From Lama guanicoe (lineage: Eukaryota), in assembly GCA_013239625.1 (NCBI GenBank), contig MU054323.1, positions 992,001 through 1,056,000 on the forward strand: a stretch of 64,000 nt of DNA. Reading direction: 5' to 3'. Under the pieces are notes generated by a model. The model ran no database searches. It saw only the letters and a program-made list of their open reading frames with translations, and was not told the DNA's origin. The position numbers and the translations under genes were made by a program. Below, piece by piece: positions 38,293 to 51,710 of this stretch (position 1 is its first letter; every line of letters begins with the position of its first letter).

Positions 38293-40359
38293 AGTGTTTG
38301 TAAGTAATTATGGTAACTAGTCTAAAGTAATAGAGCTGGCAAGTAGCAGAGCTGAGATTCACACCCAGATGTCGTCACTTCAAAGCCAGTTCTTCTAAAC
38401 TCTACCAGGATGCTGGACTGGGTGGTATGAAATACAAAATTTGCCCTTGAAGATCAGCTGGGACTCAGAACAGAGCTTTCTCATGGACTCCAGAGATCCA
38501 GAGAAACCAGAACTTGGACTCCCCAGGAACTGACACTGTAAGCTTGATATGGACAGAAGCATATCTGCCTTATTCATTGCTTTATGAATTGTTTTATGTT
38601 CATTGTTGAATGAATGAATGAATTAATGAACGATGTCATTCCCTATATAATTTCAATTTACTTTGGCCATTTAATGAATGTTAGAAAGTCCCTTATGTAT
38701 AGGTATAACTTCATAGTTAATAAGAATTACAAATACTTTCAGATTGTTCAATGCCAAGACATTTTTCAAGACTCCTCTAGAAAAATTAAATGGTTAGGCC
38801 CTCACTTTGGTGAAGTCCTTGGAAATGAAATCACTCTTTCCCAGTGGACTGCTCGACAAATGCCAAGCTTGCTGCCCCGATTAATTCAAGGTTAAGTTGC
38901 CTGAAGATGCTGGGGTGGGGGGCTTATTATGCTTTGCTGACTAACAAAGGATGCCTACTTAATTTATTGTTGGTGGAATGAACAATGTATATATTATATT
39001 TTTCTACCCACTTTTGTTTTTGCTGATTAACCCCTCTTTAGGCTTCTCAAGAGATACATCCTGATGAGTTCTCCAGTCTATGGACAGACATACATCTTTA
39101 GCCCAATGAACTGTGGCCAGGGTATCAGATTCACGAAATGAGAAAGGTACTTCCTGTGATCAATTCTGCCATTAGAGGGAAGGGGTCTTGACAAGCCAGC
39201 CCTGTGAACTTCAGTAACGTTCAAGGCCTGCCTAGAATACAAATCAACAAGTTCACACTGAAACATCAAGTCAAGGCATAGACGCCAAAAGATCATCTTG
39301 TGCTCAAGGACCGCATCTATATGAACTCTGCCTTCCAATTTCACATGGATCTTGATCAACAGAAGCTTTTATTAAGTGATTTATGAATGAATGGAAAAGC
39401 TGGATGAAGAAAAACATGCTGGAGTCGGCGGCTTTTACAAGAGGAAGGTAGGTATTAAGGTATTAAGGAGAAGGAAGGAGAGGAGAAGGAAACTGTCTTT
39501 GGCAGAAGGCCAGTCCTTTGGGGAAGGGTCTTGATGATGTAGAATTCCTTAAACGTTTTTCAGTCCACACATTCATTCAACAAAGGGTGCCCTTTATATT
39601 CTCAGGTCACTTGCCCAAAATAACTGCGAAGGAACTGTTTTCCACTTTTCCTTCTTCATCTAGAAAGATCTATTTTAAAGGATGGGATTATGGATTTGAG
39701 CGCTGCTTTTTGAAAGCACAGTCACGAATCCAGGCATTCGGTCCAGGCAGTGTTGGGAGGAGAATGGGTAATGATTTTAACAGAGCCTGCTGCAAACGCC
39801 CACTCCTTCTTCCACGAGCAACTAATCTTAGGTCTTAGCAACACAATATCCCAGTGAGTAAAAGATGAAACTGACTGAAAGGTGAAATGCTGCCAACAAA
39901 AGAAGCCAAAAAGAAGCTCACTCTTCCAGGATGGCTCGCTGGTGTCAGCCCGGGTCACGGTGGCTGTGGTCTGGTTATTGATGGGCGCTCCTTTAACTTT
40001 AGCCCCGGAGGCAGGATGACAGCTGATGCTGTTAGTTCTTAATATAATGCCTGAGCAATTTACTTGTAAGTAGAAAAGGAAATTGGTGAGAATGCTCTCA
40101 CATTTGCCTTCAGTAATAATGTTCAGAGAATTTTTAACTGGACTGTGAAGGTTTAACGTCACTAATTCGTCAGTCAAGCATTTTCAAGATACTGACTGTA
40201 CGCTTGGCACGAGGTAAAGGTCCGAAATCAGCACAGTACCTGTCAATAAATGACTTCCTTTTTTTCACTGATGAGACAGAATAGCCTAAAGGAAATGATT
40301 GATGGATAAAAAGAAGCCAAGACAGAAAAAAATATCAATATTGACAAACAGAAGAGTTG

Positions 40360-40560
40360 AGTGGTCAGCCAGGCAGGCTGAGGAAACCAACTAGTCTAGG
40401 TGCAAATCCCAGCTCCACTGCTTAATAGCCAAATAGCTCTAGACCATTCACTTAACCTTTGTGCCATATTCTCACTTAAAATATGTGTAAAAGTATCACA
40501 GAGTGGTACGTGTGAAGTGTTTAGAATTGGTAAGAAATGAGTACTCGCTATCATTAGGAG
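40360..40560 (+). mobile_element. MIR SINE
   Basis: GGTGCAAATCCCAGCTCCACTGCTTAATAGC...CACTTAACCTTTGTGCC. Confidence 0.7.
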
Positions 40561-41909
40561 TTATTGAGATCTAGAGGGACATTTAGTTTGTTTGGTTACT
40601 TATTCTCATCAGATATTCTTGCTGTCTCATTATCTTCCTGTTAGGATTTGTGGGAGCATGATCTATTTTGGCACAATAAGAATACTCCTCTGGAATCCAG
40701 GCAGCCACAAATCACCACTACCTCTGTGGTCTCCAGATGGACAAAGGACTGTCCCAATGTTTAGATCACTCCTAGGATCACAAATAGTTCCTTTGATTTA
40801 AAAAATGCCAAAGCCTCCATTGTGTACCATCTTCTATCCTCTTCAAGCGAAATAACCTCTCTTCTCCTGTCCACTGATCTGGTTCAGGATCCAGGACCCA
40901 GTGCAAGATCTACATACAGGTATGAGATGGAAAGAAGACGTGGATTTTTGAATTATACATTATCTCCAGCGAATCTCTATATGTCCTGACCTTTCTAAGA
41001 GTTGTAGCTTTAAGTAGAAATCGTGTCCATTCAGAGCTCATGGCCCCTTCCTGTCCTAGAATTCTTACTGATGATATCCAGTTATCACTAGTTCAACTTC
41101 CTCACTGGCCAGATCAGTCTCAAGATGAATTGTTGATCAAGACTGCCTGCATCCCTGAGCTAGTCCTGCCTGACGCCTGCTCCTGCCTTGTCCTGGGACT
41201 TCTGATTGTTCACCCTATGTGACCAAAGCTTGCGCATCTGGTACAATTCACTCACAGTGATGGTGACCACCACATCCCAGTGTCCCTCTCCATATCTGAT
41301 AGCATCCTTGGTCAGGACTACGCTATCTTTCATGTAAGTCTTTTGTGGTGTGCCAGTGCACTGCCGTGTCTAGGCAGCTAAGAGCCAGGCTATAATCAGC
41401 ACTAGGGACGTCCCAATGCCCTAATGCAGCCATGCTCAAGATAAAGAGGACAAGCGGAAAAAGGGAAACACAGGTGAGATTCCAAGAAGCAGATCATCTA
41501 GGCCAGTATCTCTAGTCATTCCTTTCATTTAGTCTTTCTCTTCTTCTCTTCTTCCTTTTCTTTCCCTTTTATTTGTTTTCCCCCCTCTCTTCTCACCATC
41601 TCTTCTTTCTTTCTACTTTTTCTTCAATATCTGAAGTAGTGCTGCCCTATGCTAAGTGCTGTGGCCTTTATGCATGGTGGTGGAGGGCAGGCTAACAGAC
41701 ATACGTCAGCTCCACCATTAGTGGCATATTAATCAAGTAATTTTCTCTTTCTTAGACAGATTTCATAAGTTGAGGCTCTTGATCTAGAGGGTCTTTAGTT
41801 ACCTTCAAGTTCCTCTATTTTGTGGTTCAAGAGACTCATATTCTATTTCCATGGCTGTGAAATGAGAACAAAAAGTTTTAAAGTTTCTCCTTTATTTCCA
41901 GGATCTTGT

Positions 41910-42312
41910 TTGTGACAGACTATTTGCATCACAATATCCATTTTCTTTCTTATTTCTAAGTGATAGAACTTTCCAAGTTGTCACAGGGCTTCCTGGGTGG
42001 AGATTATATATCTAGCCTCCCTCGCAACTGGGTGTGGCTATGTGACTACATTCTGGCAGAGAGGATGCCACTTCTGGGTGATGAGCTTAAGGGGAAAGGT
42101 ACTTGCCTTCCACTTCCTCTCTCCCCTGTCACCGGCTGCCTTGACCCCAGAGACAAAAGTCGAATGTGGGCGAAAGCAGCAGGGTAGCTCCTCAGGTCTG
42201 GGCTGCCCAGTTTTGTACTCCCACAAAATAGAGAAATAAAATTCTGTTTTGCTTAAGTCATTTCTGGTTTTTTGAATCTTTGGTTACAGCAGCTTAGCTT
42301 ATATCCTAAATA
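41910..42312 (+). mobile_element. MLT1 (J/K-like) LTR
   Basis: AGCCTCCCTCGCAACTGGGTGTGGCTATGTGACTA...AGAAATAAAATTCTGTTTTGCTTAAGTCA...GTTACAGCAGC. Confidence 0.75.
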
Positions 42313-43131
42313 ATAAATTAGTCTCTGTCCTTGTCCTTAGATTTTTAATTTGTTAAATGGGGTGGTTTGAACAGAGAATCCTTAAGGGTGTCTCCAGATT
42401 AAACGCTGTAGGATTTATGTTCTGGAACTTGACAAGGATGAGAAGATGCTGTGTTACAGGCTGTCCTTGGTCTGGGATTTACCACTGAGCCCAACAGAGG
42501 GAATATATATAAAGAGCGTCCCACCAGGAATGGTAGATATTCCACCACTGAGATGTTGTTGCTGCCTAGGCACCTGGTCTAGACTCTTACTTCACTGCTA
42601 CCCAGATTACTAGTCTAGAATCCTAAATCTGCCTGACCTGGGGAAAAAAACAACTCTTGACCTTGGAGATTTTGAAATCTTGGGTTCTGCCTATTGGCTT
42701 TAACTGAACTCTGATCTGCACAGACTCAGAATCCTGGAGGTTTGGATAAAGAAGTTCCCTTAGAGACATCTGCCTTCTCCATGGCTCCAGACCACCTCCT
42801 TCCCCTCTACTGAGCTGGCTTACAGGGGAGAGCAATACATCACAGAATTTTAGAGTGAAAAAGATAGAACCAAACTTAAGGATCTTTACTTTTAGACAGT
42901 AGAATCTTTTCTTTAATAAGAAATTTTATCTAAAATCTGAAACATGTAAGATATAACAGCAGAGCTTCTCGGATTGAACAGGTAGTGGGGACCTTGAGAC
43001 TGCATGTTCTTCTTCCTCCTTGTACCTCATGATGGTTCTTGAAGTACCTCCTGGCTACCCTATGCGTTTCTGAATTTAGTTTGAAACCCACTGGTCCATT
43101 TCAGCTCTCTCTCCAATTGACACATGGAGAA

Positions 43132-43316
43132 ATTATTATTTTTTTTAAACTGAGGTATAGTCAGCTTACAATGTTGTGTCAATTTCTGGTGTACAGCATA
43201 ATTCTTCAGTCATACATGAATATACATGTACTCATTTTCATATTCTTTTTCACCATAAGCTACTACAAGATATTGAATATATTTCCCTGTGCTATACAGT
43301 ATAAACTTGTTTATCT
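43132..43316 (-). mobile_element. Young 5'-truncated L1 3' end with 16-bp TSD
   Basis: GAGGTATAGTCAGCTTACAATGTTGTGTCAATTTCTGGTGTACAGCATA...TTCCCTGTGCTATACAGTATAAACTTG; perfect TSD ATTGACACATGGAGAA at 43116-43131 and 43317-43332. Confidence 0.9.
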
Positions 43317-43914
43317 ATTGACACATGGAGAAGTTAAAATGAGGAAATGGTTAATGACAGGCCCAAGTCTCTTGAATCCAAGGCCACGGTTCTTTCCATT
43401 AATCACACTGCCATCCCAACCCCCTTCCACATACACATTGTTTCTTCTTTGTCAATTTTATTATATCTCTACTGTACATGGAGACTCAGAAAATGTTCTC
43501 CAGTAAGAGATACCTTGAAAACAAAACCAAGTGTCTTTATATATGTCTTTTTTTTCATGAGCCTCCTGAGGTCACCAGAATCCAAACTTCCAAATATAGC
43601 CACAAAGTCATCAAAGTTTATTTTACTGATACCTTTCTTTAATATATTAGACAGATGATGTCCAAGTTATGGCTGAAGACTTTTTTTTTCTGAACTGGAT
43701 TAGATGCAGCTCTAACTAAAGACTGGAAAATGGGCCAGAGTCTCCTAAATTTTCTTCCCATCACTAGATGATGCCATTAAAGTTCTTTCTCCTTTGTTCA
43801 GAATGTATCACCCAACACCTGGCTCATCCTGTCATCTCCATCCTACTATGACTGTAAAGGCATCCCAGAGACCTACTGACTTACTCTGAGAGATTTTACT
43901 TTCATCTTCTAGGA

Positions 43915-44095
43915 CAGAGATGGCCAAACCTTTCCTGTAAAGGGCTGGATAGTAATTATTTTAGACTTTGCAAGCCACATGCAGTTTCTGTTGCATATTC
44001 TTCCATTGTCTTTTCTTTTTTTAAAATAAGTTCTTTTAAAATATAAAAACCATTCTTAGCTCAGGAGCTGTACAAAACCTGCCTACAGGCCAAAT
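43915..44095 (+). mobile_element. MER58-family hAT-Charlie DNA transposon
   Basis: GGCCAAACCTTTCCTGTAAAGGGCTGGATAGTAATTATTTTAGACTTTGCAAGCCA...AAAAACCATTCTTAGCTC. Confidence 0.8.
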
Positions 44096-44099
44096 TTTC

Positions 44100-45071
44100 A
44101 AAATTATATGGTCCTGTTTTAGTTTTTTAACAGTTCGTCTCTCAGTGTATCTCTCTCCTCTCATATTTTACGATGAGCAACAAGAAGAAAACAGGCAACA
44201 GCTTAGAAACCTCCTTTACTAATATAATAACCAGGTTTAGCACATGTAAGTTCTGCTTTCCACATAACTGCAGGGCAATTTCATTAAGCTTTCCACCACT
44301 ACATAATAAGGAGTAGCCTTCCTCCAGTTTCTGATAACAGGTTTTGCACTTCCTTCTAAGCCCTCACTAGCAGCATCCTCAAAGTTCACATTTCTTCCAA
44401 TAATCTCTTTAAGAGCATTCCAGCTTTCTCTGCTATGCGCCTCAAAATTCGTCCAGTCTCTCTGTCCACTGCTCAATTCCAAAGCTGCTCTCGTGTAGTT
44501 TCAGATTTTTGTTACAGCAGCACTCCACTTCCAGGTACCGGAATCTGTGTTAGCTGTAAATTGTCATGTAACACATCATCGTAAACTTGGAAGCTAAAAC
44601 AACAACCGTTTATTGCCTCACAGTTTCTGTGGGTCAGGAGTCTGGGCATGAACTAGCCTGGTTCTTTTCTCAGGGTCTCACAAGCCAGGACCACAGTCTC
44701 ATCTGATACTCTGATTCTCTTCTAATTACACATGATTATTGAAATAATTCTTCATCTTGAATCTGCAGAACTTAGAGTGGCCTGCTCCTTGAAGGTCAGC
44801 AGGAGAATCTCCCTTCAGATCTCTCTGACTTCCTTAACAACTCAACTGGTGAGATTAGGCTCAACGAGGACAATCTCCCCTTTGACTGGCTCAGAATCTG
44901 TTGATTAGGGACTTCAATTACATCTGCAAAATCCCTTAAACTTTGGCGTACATGGCAAGCTACTCATGGGAACAATGTCCTATCATCTTCACAAGTCCTG
45001 CCCACACTCAAAGAGAAAGAATTATATGGGGAGGAAATCTTGGGGACCAGCTGAGAATTCTGCCTACAACA
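44100..45071 (-). mobile_element. MaLR element: MLT1 LTR (44546-45071) plus adjacent internal sequence (~44100-44545)
   Basis: LTR begins (reverse complement) TGTTGTAGGCAGAATT; junction CCACTTCCAGGTACCGGAATC|TGTGTTAG; internal motifs CTCAAAATTCGTCCAGTCTCTCTGTCC. Confidence 0.85.
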
Positions 45072-45852
45072 GTTTGAAAAGATCTTTAAACAAGTATGAA
45101 GATCCAGCACATTTTTCCATTTTATTCTCATGAATATCTTTTTTTTTCAGTGTTTCACTTAACCATGCAAATTATAATAGGCTTGGTGTAGGGAATAAAA
45201 TTAAACCTAGTTCTCACTATTTATAACCACAGCCTGGTCTGGGACTCAGGAGATGTGCTTTTTAATCACATCCCCATCACAAACTGAGATGTTGAGTATT
45301 CTCAGGGAATATACTGCATCTCGCGGAGATTCTATTCATTTTTAATGTATTGAATATGCCATCACCACTTTTCCTTCTAGCTCTAAGTCTTCAGCTCAAT
45401 GATTTATACATTCTGAGGTGTATTTGTTTTATGGCAGATCCATAGTGAAAAGTAGAATTAGTGGGTGAGATTCACAAGAGCCAAAGGCCATGAAAGATGA
45501 GAGAAAAGGGTAAATAACTAGGAGGCTGGAGTTAACTACTCTTCATTGTCCAGACAAAGCAGGCTCTGCTTGGGAGTTCAGAGTCTGTCCTCCTCAGGGA
45601 GCATCTCAGGGAGCCAGGGGAATGTGTGCACTCTCAGGCCCTGTACATGCCCCTCCAAACCTGAAGGGCAGTGTTTTCCTGCCAGCATCTGAACTGAGTA
45701 TGTGAATGTTTGCTGTTTTCAAGGTTAAGTGGTTTTATGCTAGGAGCTTAGAAACTAGAAGTTTTCATAAATCATATTTAAAGACAAATTAGGTATCCCT
45801 AGCTCTTAGATGCACTAACCTCAATCTCCAACTTTCAAAGGGCATAATTCTA

Positions 45853-46093
45853 TAGGATTGGTGTCCTTGTAAGACGGAGAGACAGGAGGAGTCTGGCCAC
45901 ACAGAGGAAAGGCTGTGAGGACACAGTGAGAAGGTAGCCATCTACAAATCAGCAAGAGAGGTCCCGCCAGAAAACAACCCTGCCAATATCTTGATCTTGG
46001 ACTTCCAGCCTCCAGAACTGTGAGAAGATAAATTTCCTTTGTTTAAGCCACTGGTCTGTGGTATTATTATGGTACCCCTAGCCAACTAACACA
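45853..46093 (+). mobile_element. MLT1A/B-type LTR 3' half
   Basis: CTTGATCTTGGACTTCCAGCCTCCAGAACTGTGAGAAGATAAATTTCCTTTGTTTAAGCCAC. Confidence 0.9.
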
Positions 46094-48429
46094 CCGTCCT
46101 CTGAAGCAGATGGCATTTATCTTCTACAGAATCTACTGGGACTTAGAGAGGCAAAGTTAATGGTTTGTCATAACACAATCCACGGACCAGTGCCATTTTG
46201 TTAATTTATGGAGGTAGAGCCAACATGTATATCTTTTTTGTATACAGAAAACATCCTGCTGCATATTTCCCTCAACTTACAGCTCAGGGCCTAGAACACA
46301 GAAATCTTGCTTCAGCAAGAAATAAAGTATTTCTAACTGAACTTTTGATCAAACCCATCTACACTTGGGTTTATGTGGTTGGCAGCCAGCTCCTGGTATC
46401 TTCACAGAACTTGTAGGAGGACATTCTCATTAGTGTCAGCTAGACTTTTTCAGAAAAATTCTCTCTGTATATTCTGTTTACATCAATGATTGGCTTAACA
46501 TCTTTCCTAAGCCATTCTTTATATAAGCGAAACAAGGAGGGTGTTGCAGAACTTCCTGAGAAGGATATCTCTGGACTCAGGGTCTGCCTTCCCCCACTTT
46601 GCACAGGACAGACATCAGGAAGAGGGAAGGAGTTGAAGGAGGTGGTTTTTCTCCTCCATCAGATGGGTACCAGATTCTTGGCAACAGGAGAGTATATTCA
46701 AGCCTATAACAACTGATACAATTAGGACATTAATCATTTTGCATTTTTTCCCCTCTGTTGTCCATCCTTAGGTCTAAAGCAAAAATGAGAGAGGTCTAAG
46801 GATGCATAAATTGTCCCTATAAATCTTTCCTCCCCTAGTTTTTCACCATTTCATACAAAAGGGGATTCTACTTATTGAAAGGTTACTTCATATCTGAAAA
46901 ATGTATTTCAGTGATCTCTAGTTTGAAGTTGCCAACATTTCCCTCTGTTGCTGGTGCAAACAATTTTTAGAAGAATCCTTCAGATTTAATATCAAATAAC
47001 ACTTCATTGATTTATATGTTTTGTTCTGTTTCTTTTGAAGATTAGCATCCAACCATGGATCTTTGATGAAACTTTGTGCATGCATGAGGGAACACATGCA
47101 TAGCTAGGATACAGCTCTTCTTGCTTGCTGGGGAATAAAAATGCAGAAGAGTTGGCTGTTGGCAAGTTATGTGTTCCGAACATGTTGAGATGACCTAAGA
47201 CTTCCCCCTTCAAAACTCCATCTGCAAATCTTGGTGGGAAAGCCATAAATTAGAAATCCCAATGTGCTATAGGCTTGAGTTCCTAGAAAAATTAGACCAA
47301 TAAATCATCTTTTTCATTTCTGTAGATTCTATGAAAACTTCCATATAAATCATACTATGTTTAAAAATTATACATGTACCAATTATTCTGAAATGACAGG
47401 TCAAACTTAGATATCTTGTTTATAAAGCTAAAACACCACCAGCATACCTAAATAATATTCTATTAATTGTATTATCTTTAAAATGTCACAATGTGATACA
47501 TACTACCCAAACAAATTCTTTTAAAGGATTCATCACATATAATTAATAATCAAAATATGATGGAGTAAAAATACAATGGAGTAATCTGCTCATTCTATAC
47601 CCTTTTCAAATATAAGAAATCCAAGGCTCTGGAAATTTAACTGAATACTCAAGGTCACACAACTAATCTAGGGTAGAACAATGCTATAGCCCAACTTTCC
47701 TGACTCCTCAGGTACCAGAGATTTGGAAGATAATGTGTTCTTATACCGTGTGGGACTGAGTGCTCTCATGTATCACTGACTGACTTTCTCAGAACATATC
47801 TTGGGCGAGCAAAACTAATCAATATGCCATCATTGACAAAAATACACAGTATAAGAAATAAAACTCTTTTCTAAATAGTGCCTAGGAAACTGAAGATGGT
47901 TAAATCATAATAACTAGAGAAGCAGGAAAATTCTATATGATTTGCTTTGATCATTGCCATGGTCTGTGCTGTACCATTTTCAGATAGCTCAAAGACAATA
48001 AGGCTGAAATAAAAATAGCATAAATATTAAACTATTAATGATAATAATGAAAATCCAGGTCTAGAAGTATTTACTAATTATATTCAAAAAATTTCCCAAG
48101 GAGATGGAGGGATCCAAAGATGAGCAAGATATACATTCTTTTCATTGATGAATGTCCAACAGAGGACATCAAAGGCCAAAGAGAATTATAAATCAACTGA
48201 AAGTGATATAAGCCATAGATTAAATGCAAGCTCGAGGTGATGGAGGCACACAAGGGGATTTCATCAACATCGATTTGCCATCTTCATGGCAAAATTACTC
48301 AGTTTTTCAAATAGCTTCTCAACTGACTGATTTTAAAACTTTTTATTCTCCAGGAAAGAGCTCCTCAGTTGAAGCAACACAATGAGAATAACTGGCAAAT
48401 TTTCAGCATTGCAGTAATAGCCTGGTATC

Positions 48430-48600
48430 ATAAGCTTATTTAATTCTCACAACTCTATAAGGTAGGTGCTATTAATAACCTTGTTTGAAAGAGGAGGAAA
48501 TTGTAGCTTAGTGAGATTTAGTAAATTGCCCAAGTTTGCACAGCTATTAATAAGTCAGCTTGGGGAGCACGAACTATACACCCACAGTCTAAACCCTCTG
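48430..48600 (-). mobile_element. MIR SINE
   Basis: ATTTAATTCTCACAACTCTATAAGGTAGGTGCTATT...TTGCCCAAGTTTGCACAGCTA. Confidence 0.8.
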
Positions 48601-50464
48601 CCATACACACCAGTATTAACGGCTGCAAAAGATAATAATAATTATCTGATGCCGGTTGACTTTCTGTATGTTGTTATTAGCAACATAATAGTTAAAAATT
48701 GATGGCAGCTCTCATGAATAATGACTTCCGTTTTGGCCAAGTTGATTTGTAGACTCCATTTGTGGCAAAACTGTGATAGCAACAATAATTGACAATCAGA
48801 TGTCCTATGAATTTGTGATAATAAAATTACAAAATCTGCATCTAAAAAGATGATTTTGTTTCTATTCTCTCACCTAAAACAGGAGCACATGCATTTAGGT
48901 CATTCAAACGTGATATCCTATCACAAAGGAATGCATTTTAAATAAAGACACAGCATTTTCTAATACTATTACCTGATAAAAGAAAGTTGTATTGACTTTG
49001 CTCCCCTTTGTGGTCTGAAGATGAGGTTCTGAATGAGTAATATCGGTTGAGGGTCTTTATTGAGTCCTGAAGCTCAGTCGTAATTTATACCTGCCCATAC
49101 ACAAAGGCCAAAGGAAGATCCATAAAGTAGAGCCAACAATTTTAGGTTTATTAAGATGGATTTCTCTACAGTGAGTTATTCAGGTATTAAGTGTAATAAA
49201 GGAGAGTCATAGAGACATAGAGATTTTGTGTCTGTGGTTACCTCGTGCCCTATAGAACAATGATCTCGCGCACACACACACAATTTATCAGGCAAGAATT
49301 GACCTTCAGGAAACCTGTAATCTCCACTTCATAGATAGATTACTGAGGCAAAGAGAGGAGAAGTGACTTGCCCTTGACTACTCAGTTGTATGTGTGGGTG
49401 GGTGCTGCATGGTGGGGAGACTGGAAGAGAGGTGGGAAGCAAAGTGCTGGACACCTAATGACATTTCTTTCCATTTATTTCCAGGATACATACATTTATG
49501 GTTCACAATGTTGCAACTGAAAAAATAGCCTAGTCTATCCATCTCATCAAGAAGAAATTAATTTGATGGGAGATGCAAAATTTGAATGAAACACTCCCAT
49601 GTCAAGGTCAATGTGATATATCCAGGTTAAATGACACCTGAGCCATCAAATAAATGCAATAACTCCTGAGTTTCTGTAAGATCCCCCAGAGTCATTTTGT
49701 TATTAATGCTACTGCTACACAGAAATCCCCATACCACTTTTTACATTTTACACGCAGGAAAACTATAAAGACATGATGGCAAGATCCTTAAAAACTTGGG
49801 TTTCAATCTATAAAATTAACGTGCACTGAATGAAATCAAATGCATACAAATGCCAATGTAACAGTAAGGTCAATAGATGTTTACTTATGACTTGAAATAC
49901 TCTAGAATTTTAGCCATGAAGCCCAGATTCCTAGTGCTAAATTCAGTTCAATTGTACAGAACAGAAATAAAGTCCCTATAATCACTATTGGGCTGTTCCA
50001 CTGGAGGAGATACATACATTGCCATATATACTATCAGTGTCGAGGTTAGTTCATATGTAAAATTGAAACCTTTTTTTTATTATTGTGAAATTTTATTAAA
50101 ATAGATCATGATAATGCACAAAGTTCTAAAGTAATAGAGAGGTAGGATGATAAACTGGGAAGAAAGAATTAATCAATATCACAAAGCTTGGGCCTGGATA
50201 AAAGTTAAAAAGATGAGAAAGTTTTTTAGGTCACTAAGGGAATAAATGGAAGACATAGCTCAGAGATGGAAGACAATGTATAAATGCAAGAACTCACAAG
50301 TTAGAATGTTGTGTTCAGGGAATTGTAACTAGTTCACCCTTAAACCAAATATATTGTAAAAAGCAGGATGGAGTATTATACAGATTAATATAGGAACTTG
50401 TTAATACAGGAATGGCACCAGGAAGAAAGCAGGCTGTGAAATTTCATAAATCAGTGACTAATCT

Positions 50465-51710
50465 ATTTGATTCATTCATTTGAAAATTTTCGTTGAGCAT
50501 CTACTATGGAAGGCACAGGGCTAGATGCTGGGGAAACATGGAGAACAAGATTAACAACATTGTATCTGCATGATGGCTAACTTCTAGAAGGTGGAGTCAG
50601 ATAAGACAATGAAAAAGTAAACAAAATAAACAAGGAAAGTAATAGTCAAAACTATAACAATGAAAATAAAGCAATGATATGTAAGAAGAAGACTAAGAAC
50701 TCTTCTTCATTAAACCTTTTTATTGAATGAAAGATTCTTTCATTTCTACAGTGTTTTACAACTTTCAAATGTTTCACATAGATGATTTCATACAACCCCA
50801 AATAACTCTGTTTTTTTTTAATCCAGTACCCTATTTTGCCCCTCCCTCTTTCCCTCTCCCCACTGGTAACCACTAGTTTGTTCTCCATATCTGTGAGTCT
50901 GCTTCCTTTTTGTTTTATTTACTGGTTTGTTGTATTTCTTAGATTCCACATATAAGTGATATCATACAGTATTTGTCTTTCTCTATCTGATTTATTTCAC
51001 TTAGAATAATGTCCTCCAAGTCCAATTATGTTACTGCAAATGGCAAAATTTCATCCTTCATACACATCTTATTTATCCATTCATCTGTTGATGGACACTT
51101 AGGTTGCTTCCATACTTTGGCAATTGTAAACAATGCTGCTATGAACAGTGGGGTGCATGTATCTTTTTGAATTAGTGTTTCTGTTTGTTTTTTTTTTTCA
51201 GATATATACCCACAGGTGGAATTGCTGGGGCATATGGTTAAGAATTCTTTAAATTGAGCTATCTAATGCCTTCTGAAGAGGTAAAATTTGAACTGACCTG
51301 AATGATTTGAAAGAGCCTGGTACGCAAAAATCAGGAGTCACTCAATTCCAGGCAGAGAAAACAAGTGCAAAGCTGAAAGGCAAGATTGAGTCTGCCATAT
51401 TCTAGAACAAAAGGAGGGAAAGGTACCTGAATTTTTGTTAGCAGAGAGAGGAAAGAACCATAGTTAATGAGTTCAGGAAAGCATTCATGGCCTTTTAAGC
51501 TGTGGTGTGGCATCTGAATTTTTTTTTCCCCAGTATCACTAAAGTCATTGGAAAGTTTCACATAGGAAACTGCTCAATGTAATGGATTTAATGGGGTAAC
51601 ACCAAAATGAGGGAGACCAGTTAGGAGGTTATTTCCAGCAGCCATAAGAGAGATGACGGAGACTTAGCAGGATGGAGATAAGTGGGTGGACTTGAGGCGA
51701 GTTGGAGGAT
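50465..51710 (-). mobile_element. L2 element interrupted by an L1 insertion
   Basis: ATTCATTCATT...TTGAGCATCTACTATG...GGGCTAGATGCTGGGGA (L2 3' end); L2-like sequence resumes after 51250 (GAAGAGGTAAAATTTGAACTGACCTGAATG; GGGAGACCAGTTAGGAGG). Confidence 0.75.
50705..51238 (-). mobile_element. L1 3' end (artiodactyl type) nested in L2
   Basis: TAGATTCCACATATAAGTGATATCATACAGTATTTGTCTTTCTC; ATCCATTCATCTGTTGATGGACACTTAGGTTG; near-TSD TAAGAACTCTT (50694) / TAAGAATTCTT (51239). Confidence 0.9.

Noticed and set aside
43039..43506. 155-aa ORF
   Set aside because: It reads through a young L1 insert and its TSD (LTHGE appears twice), so it is repeat-derived.
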